Positions 28,459 through 35,916 of a DNA stretch of 36,592 bases are shown here, piece by piece (position 1 is the first letter of the stretch; each line of letters starts with the position of its first letter). The position numbers and the translations under genes are program-made. The stretch is taken from positions 1-36,592 of the forward strand of contig CAIYFP010000024.1 of the NCBI GenBank assembly GCA_903925515.1, written 5' to 3'. This stretch comes from an uncultured Verrucomicrobiota bacterium (GTDB taxonomy: Bacteria > Verrucomicrobiota > Verrucomicrobiia > Limisphaerales > UBA9464). The notes beneath the pieces are model-generated. The model searched no databases, had not been told where the DNA came from, and worked only from the letters and a program-made list of their open reading frames with translations.

Positions 28459-29211
28459 TCAAGCCCCGCCCACGAGCGAGCGATACCGCGCCACGCGCCC
28501 GGGATCGACCTCGCTCACGAGGAACTCCGGCGCGCGCAGCTCCTTGCCCATGAACACCCGCGTGTTCCGATGCTCCATCCGGCTCTCCACCGTCCGGCTC
28601 CCGCTCACGTGGACCTCCCGCGCGCCGGTCCGCGCGAGGACCTTCTGGACGTTGTGCTCCCGGATCCCGCCGCCCGGCATCACGATGATCCGGTCAGCCG
28701 CCCGTTCCATGAGCGCCGCGATCGCATCCACGCCCTCCCAGACCGTCGCCTCGCCCCCCGACGTCAGCACCCGGTCCACGCCCAGTCGCACCAGCGCCTC
28801 CAGCGCCTCGCCGAGGTCGCGGGTCATGTCGATGGCCCGATGGAACGTGACGGGCAACGGCCGGGCCAAAGCGACCAACCGCGCCGTGCGTTCCTCGTCC
28901 ACCGTGCCGTCCGGCCGAAGCAACCCGAGCACGATCCCGTTCGCGCCGGCGTCCTTGGCCGCCACGACGTCATGCCGCATCACGTCGAGCTCGTCGTCCG
29001 AATAGCAGAAGTCGCCGCCGCGCGGTCGGATCATCACGTTCAGGGGCAGGTCCACGGCCGCCCGCATGGCCTTGAGCAGCCCAAGGCTCGGGGTGGTGCC
29101 CCCCTCGAACAGGTTCTGGCACACCTCCAAACGGTCCGCCCCACCCGCCCGCGCCGCCCGCGCCGACGCCACGGAATCCACCAGCACCTCAATCAAAACG
29201 CCCGTTGCCAT
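28459..29211 (-). CDS. cutC: Copper homeostasis protein CutC family
   Basis: GGADRLEVC, EGGTTPSLG, VMIRPRGGDFCYS, TFHRAID, RVLTSGG, IMPGGG-like and EVHVS motifs. Confidence 0.95.
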   Translation of the reverse strand: MATGVLIEVLVDSVASARAARAGGADRLEVCQNLFEGGTTPSLGLLKAMRAAVDLPLNVMIRPRGGDFCYSDDELDVMRHDVVAAKDAGANGIVLGLLRPDGTVDEERTARLVALARPLPVTFHRAIDMTRDLGEALEALVRLGVDRVLTSGGEATVWEGVDAIAALMERAADRIIVMPGGGIREHNVQKVLARTGAREVHVSGSRTVESRMEHRNTRVFMGKELRAPEFLVSEVDPGRVARYRSLVGGA

Positions 29212-29339
29212 GCGCGCAGCCTATCGCGTTGCACGCGCGGATGGAACCCCGCGCATGCCCCCCTTGCTTTCGGGCAGGCATGGAAAAGTCCGGGCCGCTC
29301 TCTGGCCATCGCCCGCCCATGGCCCATCGTGCCCGCCAC

Positions 29340-30857
29340 ATGCAACGCCAATCCAAGCACCGGTTGTGCCCCGCGCTGGGCACCGACATCACACCCAAGG
29401 AATGCGGCGAACGCCGCAACGCGAGCATCGCCTGCACCGCCGATTGCCCGTTCAACCCATTCACGGTGGCCAATCGCAACCGGCTCCACGCCCTCGAGCG
29501 CAGGGTCAACGCGACGTCCATCCCCGTCGGGCTCGACTTGACGGACAGGATCGCTCGCATCCACCTGCACTGGGCGGTGGATCAAGAGGCGAACCCGGGC
29601 GGGCATGCGGCGTTTCTCCTGCAGCAGGCCCTGCACGTGGAGCGCGACGAGGAAGACCAGACCCGCGCGACCCGTTGGATCGACGCGGGGTTGCCCGGGC
29701 TGGAAACCAACGACGAGAGGGTCTTGTTTCGGTCCATCGCGCGGATGCGGATGGCGGTCATGGAGACCCGCCGCGTCATGGACCATGACTGCGTCGAGGT
29801 GGTGGACCTGCTTCGGCCCGAGCAAGGGCCGTTCATCCTGTTGGACCCGGAGCATTGGCGCTCCGCGGTGCGCTACGGCGTGTCCTTGGCTCGGGTGTAC
29901 GAGCTTCCCCACTTCCACCGATGCGCCGGGATGGCGTTTCCCCTGCTGAGTTTCCACGGGCTGGAGCCCGTCTGGGTCGCCCGGGAAGTCGCACGGCACC
30001 TCGGCTGGGAACCCTCGGGGATGACCCTCGGGGACTGGCTCATGGGCAACCAGATGGACTTCCTGCGCTCATGGCTCGAGACGCTGAGGGCATGCGACTT
30101 CGATGCCGCCCAACTCCACCCGCTCCGGCACTGCTGGGCGGTGTACGCGTTGCACGACTCGGCCGACGAATGCATTGCCGCCATCGAGGCACGGCGCTGG
30201 GTCCGCCGCGGGGAGTTCCCGGCGGGCGCGTCCTCGGGCCCGGCCACGTCATTCTTCGACTGGTTCGACCCGTGCCCCGGCAACCCGACCCGAGCCCGCC
30301 TCATTGCCCGCATCTACGTTGCGGAGCACAGGTGGGTGATCCATGCCGCCGCCGAGTCCATCCTCGCGGAGGCACGCCGCCAGTTTGAGCGGACGCTCGG
30401 GGACCGCGTGGAGCTGGCGGCCGAGAACATCGAGGAGATCAAGGGCCTGCCACGGTCGCCCGCCACACCCGACGCCGCCGCGCTCATCGTGCCGTCCGTG
30501 CGAAACTCCGCGGGCGATGGACTACGGCCGCCTGGATACGTGTTCGCCTTCGATCCCGAGGGTCGTTGGGTCGATGGCGACGACTCCCAGGCCATGATGC
30601 GTCGCATGGCGGAGGACCCCAGCGCGTTGCTGGACGGGAAGTCGCCTCGGGAGGCCGCCCGGGATCCCGCCCTCCGCGCGCGCCTCAACCTGCTGCTCAA
30701 GTCCACGATTCGCGGCCTCGACTCCAAACATCTCGCCAAGGGCGCCGTCTGCGACAGCGACTGGCTCCTTCGCGACCTCGGCTTCGAGGATCTCATCCTC
30801 CCCGCCCCGCCGGTCCGGCCGCCCCCGAAGGCCTTCAACCACGACGCCCCCAATTAA
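29340..30857 (+). CDS. Hypothetical protein with an N-terminal four-Cys motif and a C-terminal LDGKSPREA motif
   Basis: Long ORF with host-like codon usage; CPAL...CGERR...CTADCPFNP; start ATG 29340 inferred. Confidence 0.7.
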   Translation: MQRQSKHRLCPALGTDITPKECGERRNASIACTADCPFNPFTVANRNRLHALERRVNATSIPVGLDLTDRIARIHLHWAVDQEANPGGHAAFLLQQALHVERDEEDQTRATRWIDAGLPGLETNDERVLFRSIARMRMAVMETRRVMDHDCVEVVDLLRPEQGPFILLDPEHWRSAVRYGVSLARVYELPHFHRCAGMAFPLLSFHGLEPVWVAREVARHLGWEPSGMTLGDWLMGNQMDFLRSWLETLRACDFDAAQLHPLRHCWAVYALHDSADECIAAIEARRWVRRGEFPAGASSGPATSFFDWFDPCPGNPTRARLIARIYVAEHRWVIHAAAESILAEARRQFERTLGDRVELAAENIEEIKGLPRSPATPDAAALIVPSVRNSAGDGLRPPGYVFAFDPEGRWVDGDDSQAMMRRMAEDPSALLDGKSPREAARDPALRARLNLLLKSTIRGLDSKHLAKGAVCDSDWLLRDLGFEDLILPAPPVRPPPKAFNHDAPN

Positions 30858-30874
30858 CCCCCGCCCAGGCCATG

Positions 30875-31246
30875 GAGGCAAAGGGGTCACATCTAAACTA
30901 TTGACATTTCGGGCGGCACGGATGGTGGGCGTCTCCTGCCGCTCTTGCGGAGAACCTCCCACGCCGCCGTCACCCGGCTGCTGACGCCAGCCCAGCGGCC
31001 CGGGGCACAAGGGCGGGTGCATGGACCGAGTCGCTCGCCGAGGCGTGGATGCCGAGAGCCGACGGCCCGGCGAGCCATCCCCCGCTGGACGAATCGGGGC
31101 AGTTATCCGGGGGCAGCTGGTGGCCCGACGGCGGGTCCGGACAGGAGACGAGTTGTTGCGCCAAGGACCCGGGATCCTGCATGGGCCCGTTTCACCCAGG
31201 GTCACTCGAACAAATGTCAATAGTTTAGATGTGACCCCATTGCCTC
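30875..31246. mobile_element. Non-coding element bounded by 35-bp inverted repeats (REP-doublet/MITE-like)
   Basis: 30883-30909 ggggtcacatctaaactattgacattt is the exact reverse complement of 31212-31238; extends to 35 bp with one mismatch; ~300-nt interior with no convincing ORF. Confidence 0.75.
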
Positions 31247-31439
31247 ACTCCCGCGTCGCCGAACTCACCCCCACCGCCTGGAAAGCCGCCCGCAAGCCCT
31301 GACATCCCCTCACTCTGCTCTCACCCAGCACCCCCCGCCTAGACGCAGTTCCCCAGACGGATACCCTGCTCACCGCCTCCGACTCCACCAAGGGACGCAT
31401 GTGGAACATCCTGCTCGCGTCGCGCCGGGTGACGCTTAC
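31246..31439 (+). mobile_element. tnpC: IS66-family right-end remnant: last 18 codons of tnpC plus right terminal IR
   Basis: HSRVAELTPTAWKAARKP* (stop 31300-31302) matches the IS66 TnpC C-terminal pattern; terminus CCGGGTGACGCTTAC at 31425-31439 (GTAAGCG end). Confidence 0.75.
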
Positions 31440-31709
31440 CGAGTGGCGGGCTCTGGGTCTCCACGAAGCGCAGCGGGGCGACCGGTTCCCTTTGAGGCCG
31501 CCCGACCGGCATCGGCTTACGACCCGGGCGTCCGAGGTGGTCCCGGCCGGCAAAAGTGAAATATTTGACCCCAACCAGGGCCGCAAAAGCGACGGCGTTC
31601 ATGCCGCTGGCGGCGAACTCCGCAAGAATCCGCTCCCTCTGTTCGGTGGGCATGCGCCCGCGCCCGTGGGTGTCGGCCGCGACCGGCCGGTCTCTTCCAT
31701 AGGTGTCAT
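31440..31709 (-). pseudogene. tnpA: IS66-family tnpA (orf1) pseudogene, frameshifted and truncated
   Basis: MTPMEETG / frameshift / DTHGRGRMPTEQRERILAEFAASGMNAVAFAALVGVKYFTF...LRFVE; cut at 31440 by the other IS66 end. Confidence 0.8.
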
Positions 31710-31753
31710 AGCACAAACGCTATGACAATTATGACGTGCCGAACAAGGTTGCC

Positions 31754-31768
31754 CCTGGTAACGCTTAC
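31754..31768 (-). mobile_element. IS66 left terminal inverted repeat
   Basis: Minus strand GTAAGCGTTACCAGG, 13/15 identical to GTAAGCGTCACCCGG at 31439-31425; lies ~45 nt upstream of tnpA. Confidence 0.75.
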
Positions 31769-31911
31769 CGCTCCCCGACGAAAGCAGACAAAACCTGTCC
31801 AAGGGGATCATCGATACCTCGCATGACCCTCAAACCGCGCAGCCCAAAACCCGGTTTCAGCACAACACCGGGTTTCTCAATAAACCGTTAAAGCAGGCTT
31901 GAATCCACCTG

Positions 31912-32430
31912 TTACTTGGCTTTCCCTGTAGATGGTGAACCATTTCGCCGAAACTCCACCATAGGTTGAGCGCAAATATGAATCTGATGATATCGAACCG
32001 AAGTTCCTGCGCGTGGTGATACTAGAAGCCCACCCGTCTCATCAGCATGCAGGTAGTATTCAAGTGATGCCAAAAGTTTAACCTCTGCCATTTCGCATGC
32101 AATTCTGTGGTGGAAGACGGTTACACCGGCTGCTGAAACAATTGCGTGCCATCCAAGCCGTGGTTGCCGCACTGCGCGATGTGCAGAATACGCAATGTCA
32201 GAATCGCTGGGATGAAAAGCAAGGCGCTTATCAATCAGCGTGCAATCATCTGGGTGGACATGTGCGATACAGTTCTCCTGCACGAGAATAAGTCGCTTAC
32301 CACCTCGGATAATTGCAAGTTGGTTGTAGTCATTAACAACGACCGCTAACTCTCCACCAAACCTACAGGCGTGACTAAATAATTCCCGCGCTAAAATCCT
32401 GCCAGAGTGAGATGAGGAGATCAGACTCAT
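31912..32430 (-). CDS. Hypothetical protein, possible degenerate HIT-like motif
   Basis: ATG 32430 overlaps the AKR stop (ATGA); PRAGTSVRYHQIHI near the C-terminus. Confidence 0.6.
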   Translation of the reverse strand: MSLISSSHSGRILARELFSHACRFGGELAVVVNDYNQLAIIRGGKRLILVQENCIAHVHPDDCTLIDKRLAFHPSDSDIAYSAHRAVRQPRLGWHAIVSAAGVTVFHHRIACEMAEVKLLASLEYYLHADETGGLLVSPRAGTSVRYHQIHICAQPMVEFRRNGSPSTGKAK

Positions 32431-33170
32431 CGGCAATAATCGCATAATTGGCGAATGGTTCGCGGCGCCACCACGATTCTGCAGCCTTTGCCAGAGGGAA
32501 TTCGCTCAATCATGCTGCGGATAAAGTGCGCCTTAAGGCACTTCTGCAATGGCAATCCAGCGATAAGTGTTCCACCTATAAACACTTCCCTCACCACAAT
32601 ATTGTACTTCCTCTCCAGCGCACATCTTCTGGCGGAGTCATTCATCAAGTCGCGAAGAGAAACCATAATGGAATCAATTGGAGAACCCTCGGCGATATGA
32701 TCGCTGTCGCCAATACTACAAAGGGACACTCCGATTCGACACTCGGCACCCAAAATCGTCCGTATGCGACGTGTTAGATCCTCCAGGACAAATCCCTGCA
32801 ATATCCTTGCGGGTGGGTTGTGGAAATACACTCTGGATACGTGCAAACCATTCAGTCGCTTTAAGCTACCCTCTAAGCTACTTTCTATGGCTTTTGGGGA
32901 AAAATCAACCTTTGGAAAAGGCTTATGATTAATATCAACACCAACTTTGGTTTCGACGCAGCAATGCAATCCGTGTAGAGCTTCCCCGAGCAGAACTTCA
33001 GCTCGGCCTAGAGCGTATAGTGGCGCTGTGTCGAAGTAGCGAAATCCAGCCTTATGAGCCGCTTTGAGAACTGCGATAGCCGATCTTGGTTCTCTCGGTC
33101 GCAGAATAGTTCCATCAAAGGAGCCCGCAACCCGCATCGTGCCATAAACTAGGTTGTCTCTGAGGAGCAT
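32427..33170 (-). CDS. Aldo/keto reductase (short, 247 aa)
   Basis: LVYGTM, GFRYFDTAPLYALGRAEVLLGEAL, VETKVG, SLEGSLKRL, YFHNP, IGVS; D-Y-K-H tetrad present. Confidence 0.9.
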   Translation of the reverse strand: MLLRDNLVYGTMRVAGSFDGTILRPREPRSAIAVLKAAHKAGFRYFDTAPLYALGRAEVLLGEALHGLHCCVETKVGVDINHKPFPKVDFSPKAIESSLEGSLKRLNGLHVSRVYFHNPPARILQGFVLEDLTRRIRTILGAECRIGVSLCSIGDSDHIAEGSPIDSIMVSLRDLMNDSARRCALERKYNIVVREVFIGGTLIAGLPLQKCLKAHFIRSMIERIPSGKGCRIVVAPRTIRQLCDYCR

Positions 33171-33179
33171 GTAATAATG

Positions 33180-34049
33180 CTAGGAATCGAAACAGAAGGG
33201 GGCACATGCTTCCGTATGCCCGGGTGGCCCTTTTGTGAACCGATGAATGCCGGCTCTTAGTTCCTCCCGACTCATTGAGATTGCCAACTGGCCGTCGTCG
33301 GCGTATGGACATAGTCTGACAGACCCCGAAGCACTAACGAAGAGCTTTTTAGACTGGCAGCGTGCCCGGTTTTCGCTTCCAGTGAGGAGTCTGAACGCAG
33401 CCATAAGTTCCTGCCCAATCGAAAACCTCCCCTGTAAGAGTGCATAGTCTCGATGAAGTATATCGAAATAAACCTCTTTGCTCAGGCGTTGTTCCAAGAG
33501 AATATCGGCGGACAGATAAAGAAAGCTGAGCGCAAGTTGCGGATGACCGAGCCTGTCAACAATGTCGCAAATCGTGCTCACTTCAATCTCACTAAGTCTG
33601 AATATATTAAGATGAATAGATTTTGATGAGCGTTCTGGAAGCGCACGAAACAAATCTGCTGCAGTCTCAAAATGACGTCTCGTGTTACCCACGAGGGCTG
33701 CACCTGTAGAGTCCGCCGAAAATGTAATGTGAGAAAGTAGTGGCAGAACCGCGCTTAATCGATCCAGTGGATATTCGGGGCGTGACGCTGTTATAATCGA
33801 TACAGAGAAGCCGTAACGCACAAGGAGAGAGACCATTCTTTCAAAGTAAGGATGATCAGTTGGTTCGCCGCCAGAGAGGCAAATGTTCTGAACTCCTACT
33901 TCCCTCAATCGGCTAGCAATCAACCCTAGCCTGTCCATCGTTAACACTGCTTGCCCTTTATCTGCGCGGAAGCAGAATCCGCATGCGACCCTACACGCAT
34001 CGGAGACACTGACTACTGCATCCCTAAATTGCCAATTCTTGGTGTTCAC
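33180..34049 (-). CDS. Radical SAM enzyme with Twitch-type C-terminal extension
   Basis: CRVACGFC, LSGGEP, FSAD; C-x10-G-x4-C and terminal CAPFC; GTG start abuts upstream TAG. Confidence 0.9.
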   Translation of the reverse strand: MNTKNWQFRDAVVSVSDACRVACGFCFRADKGQAVLTMDRLGLIASRLREVGVQNICLSGGEPTDHPYFERMVSLLVRYGFSVSIITASRPEYPLDRLSAVLPLLSHITFSADSTGAALVGNTRRHFETAADLFRALPERSSKSIHLNIFRLSEIEVSTICDIVDRLGHPQLALSFLYLSADILLEQRLSKEVYFDILHRDYALLQGRFSIGQELMAAFRLLTGSENRARCQSKKLFVSASGSVRLCPYADDGQLAISMSREELRAGIHRFTKGPPGHTEACAPFCFDS

Positions 34050-35378
34050 CTATTGAAGCCCCGTCATGTCCCAAATAGCCGATTCGATCGCCCTTCGAAA
34101 AAGACTACAATGCTCTGGGTCTGGAGTTTCACATCCGCTAAAATAAGCGTGTGATAGAGGCGGTCCGCCACAAATTGCAATTGCTGGGCATTCTAAGCAA
34201 TCGTTAACAGGAAGTAGGGTTTTAGTGCCTTTTGAAAGGTCAACTGATTTTGGATTCAACCCAGCGACAGGTTGCCAGAGTCGCCGGTCTGTCCAAAATA
34301 GATCTGAAAGACTAACAACGCCGCCCGGTAACAATGCACCAGTCATTGAACCATCAATTTCTTCTAGCAATCTCGGGGTTCGCGTATCCAAAGCTTGATA
34401 AACTCTATCAAGCAACGAATGAAGAACAGCTCCCCTCGACAATGCGCGCATCCGAGCTTTCGACAATGCATCCGCAAGTTTAATTCCACTAATCTTCTCA
34501 TGTCCCTTTGCAGGGATCGGATCATTGACATAGATGAAATTGATATTCAAATCATCTATCAAATATTCGACAATATCTGGAATGTGTTCGACATTTCTTA
34601 CGGTCGGGGTTAGGTTGGCACCCAAGTAGATGTCGGGAAACTGACGGAGTTGATTTATATTAGCCCTTAATTGTGAGAAGTAGCTGTTTCCGCTGAGCAG
34701 CTTCCGTTCACGGTGGTTCATTTCCTCAGATCCATCAATTGATACACCAACTCCATAATTGAATTTCGCAAAATGCGAGAGCATTTCTTCGGTGAACCGC
34801 ACGGCGTTTGTGACGATTGTCCTGCGGACTCGTCTTACGCGGTAATCCTGACGCAGCGTTTCAATGTACTGATCTCCCTTTGCGATCAGGTCAAATCTAA
34901 GTGTCGGTTCACCCCCAAACCATTGAATTGTCACTTCATCCTGACCTTCGTTATGTTGGAACAGAAACTGTAGTCCACTTTGTAACTCGCTTTCAGATAG
35001 GTCGGGAGCCCCAGAGTTGGTGTTGACGAAACAGTAAGAGCAATTCAAATTGCACTTTGTGGTGACGACTATTCGAAGGCCGGTAATGCGGCGCGGCTTG
35101 GTTGGTAGCGAGAGACTTTCTAATCGTCTTGTGATAGCTTCTAAAGCCAGGTCTCGAGTCGGTATTTCTCGACTACTACAGCCGATGCCTTCTAAATAGC
35201 GAGTCATCTCCCCCTTTTTCTCGTTCTTCATGAAATCGCTATATTCATGAGAATCCAATTGAACACTCTCAAGTGAGATCGGATCGAATACTACAGCCTC
35301 GTTCTCGTGGCTATATACAAACAGACCGTTGCGTTTCGGTGGGGGTGGATAGGGTTTTGATGTTTTCGTCTTTATCAT
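34050..35378 (-). CDS. Radical SAM enzyme, anSME/SPASM-like, with ~90-aa N-terminal extension (possible RRE)
   Basis: CNLNCSYC, WFGGEPTL, IVTNA, VSIDG; CLECPAIAIC...EHC; N-terminal YSHENEAVVFDPISLESVQLD. Confidence 0.93.
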   Translation of the reverse strand: MIKTKTSKPYPPPPKRNGLFVYSHENEAVVFDPISLESVQLDSHEYSDFMKNEKKGEMTRYLEGIGCSSREIPTRDLALEAITRRLESLSLPTKPRRITGLRIVVTTKCNLNCSYCFVNTNSGAPDLSESELQSGLQFLFQHNEGQDEVTIQWFGGEPTLRFDLIAKGDQYIETLRQDYRVRRVRRTIVTNAVRFTEEMLSHFAKFNYGVGVSIDGSEEMNHRERKLLSGNSYFSQLRANINQLRQFPDIYLGANLTPTVRNVEHIPDIVEYLIDDLNINFIYVNDPIPAKGHEKISGIKLADALSKARMRALSRGAVLHSLLDRVYQALDTRTPRLLEEIDGSMTGALLPGGVVSLSDLFWTDRRLWQPVAGLNPKSVDLSKGTKTLLPVNDCLECPAIAICGGPPLSHAYFSGCETPDPEHCSLFRRAIESAIWDMTGLQ

Positions 35379-35398
35379 CTGCTGAAGGATTCGGTTGG

Positions 35399-35801
35399 AT
35401 GTTGGTCAAGGCATTCTGCGCTCCGGCTTAGCCGGGCAACACCCCACGGACGTTGTTCAACGAATAACTTAGCTGAGCCAGCTAACAGAGGAATGACGGG
35501 AGAGCCAAGCTGGGAGCGCCTCACAATTTGTGTTTTGGAACGGCTGGGTAGGTTTGTGCCGGCTAGTTGCTAAGATACATCATCTTGTCGCTGTGATTTT
35601 GAAAACCTCCAATGTTTGACTGTTTGTTGACAGAAGGACGACCCAGGTCTGAGTATTCCGGTCATGTGGCCGCTTCCTAGAACGTAAGGAGCCTCGGCTT
35701 TCTTGCGTCCAAGACGCGCTGCTCGATCCTAGCTGTTAAGATACCATTCTTCGCCTAAGAGACAGTGACCGTCTCCAATGATACTCTTGGGATTGACCGA
35801 A
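35399..35801 (-). repeat. Three degenerate tandem units (~166-nt period), putative structured ncRNA array
   Basis: Cores 35801-35729 and 35635-35563 align ungapped at 42/73 with blocks TTCnGTCAA, CATTGGAG, GTATCTTAnCAnCTAG; weaker third core 35464-35399; compensatory hairpin changes. Confidence 0.6.
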
Positions 35802-35916
35802 CCCTTTTCTATGGCTATACCCTGTGACTAAACTAATCGGGATCTGACTTTTTCAGGGCAATGCAATTACCACTATTTGGCAGCTCCTCGGTGACAATTG
35901 GAGGGCTTCGAGCTTT

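Noticed and set aside
216-29541. Many long overlapping ORFs in the track (e.g. 216-2225 -, 15022-16944 -, 25840-29541 +)
   Set aside because: Antisense or off-frame shadows of well-supported genes in stop-poor high-GC DNA; low-complexity translations without family motifs
33180-34049. Calling the second radical SAM a prokaryotic viperin
   Set aside because: Lacks the N-x-H motif before the cluster cysteines and has a Twitch-type Cys motif not typical of viperins; resemblance kept only as a lead
35613-35624. 12-mer TGTTTGACTGTT identical to part of the putative GntR operator (25867-25878)
   Set aside because: Shared 12-mers are expected by chance in 36 kb, and the second half-site is not well conserved
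35563-35801. Array units as genuine tRNA-Sec/opal tRNA genes or integron attC sites
   Set aside because: No acceptor stem, D arm or canonical T loop can be formed; ends do not fit RYYYAAC...GTTRRRY and no cassette ORFs lie between units
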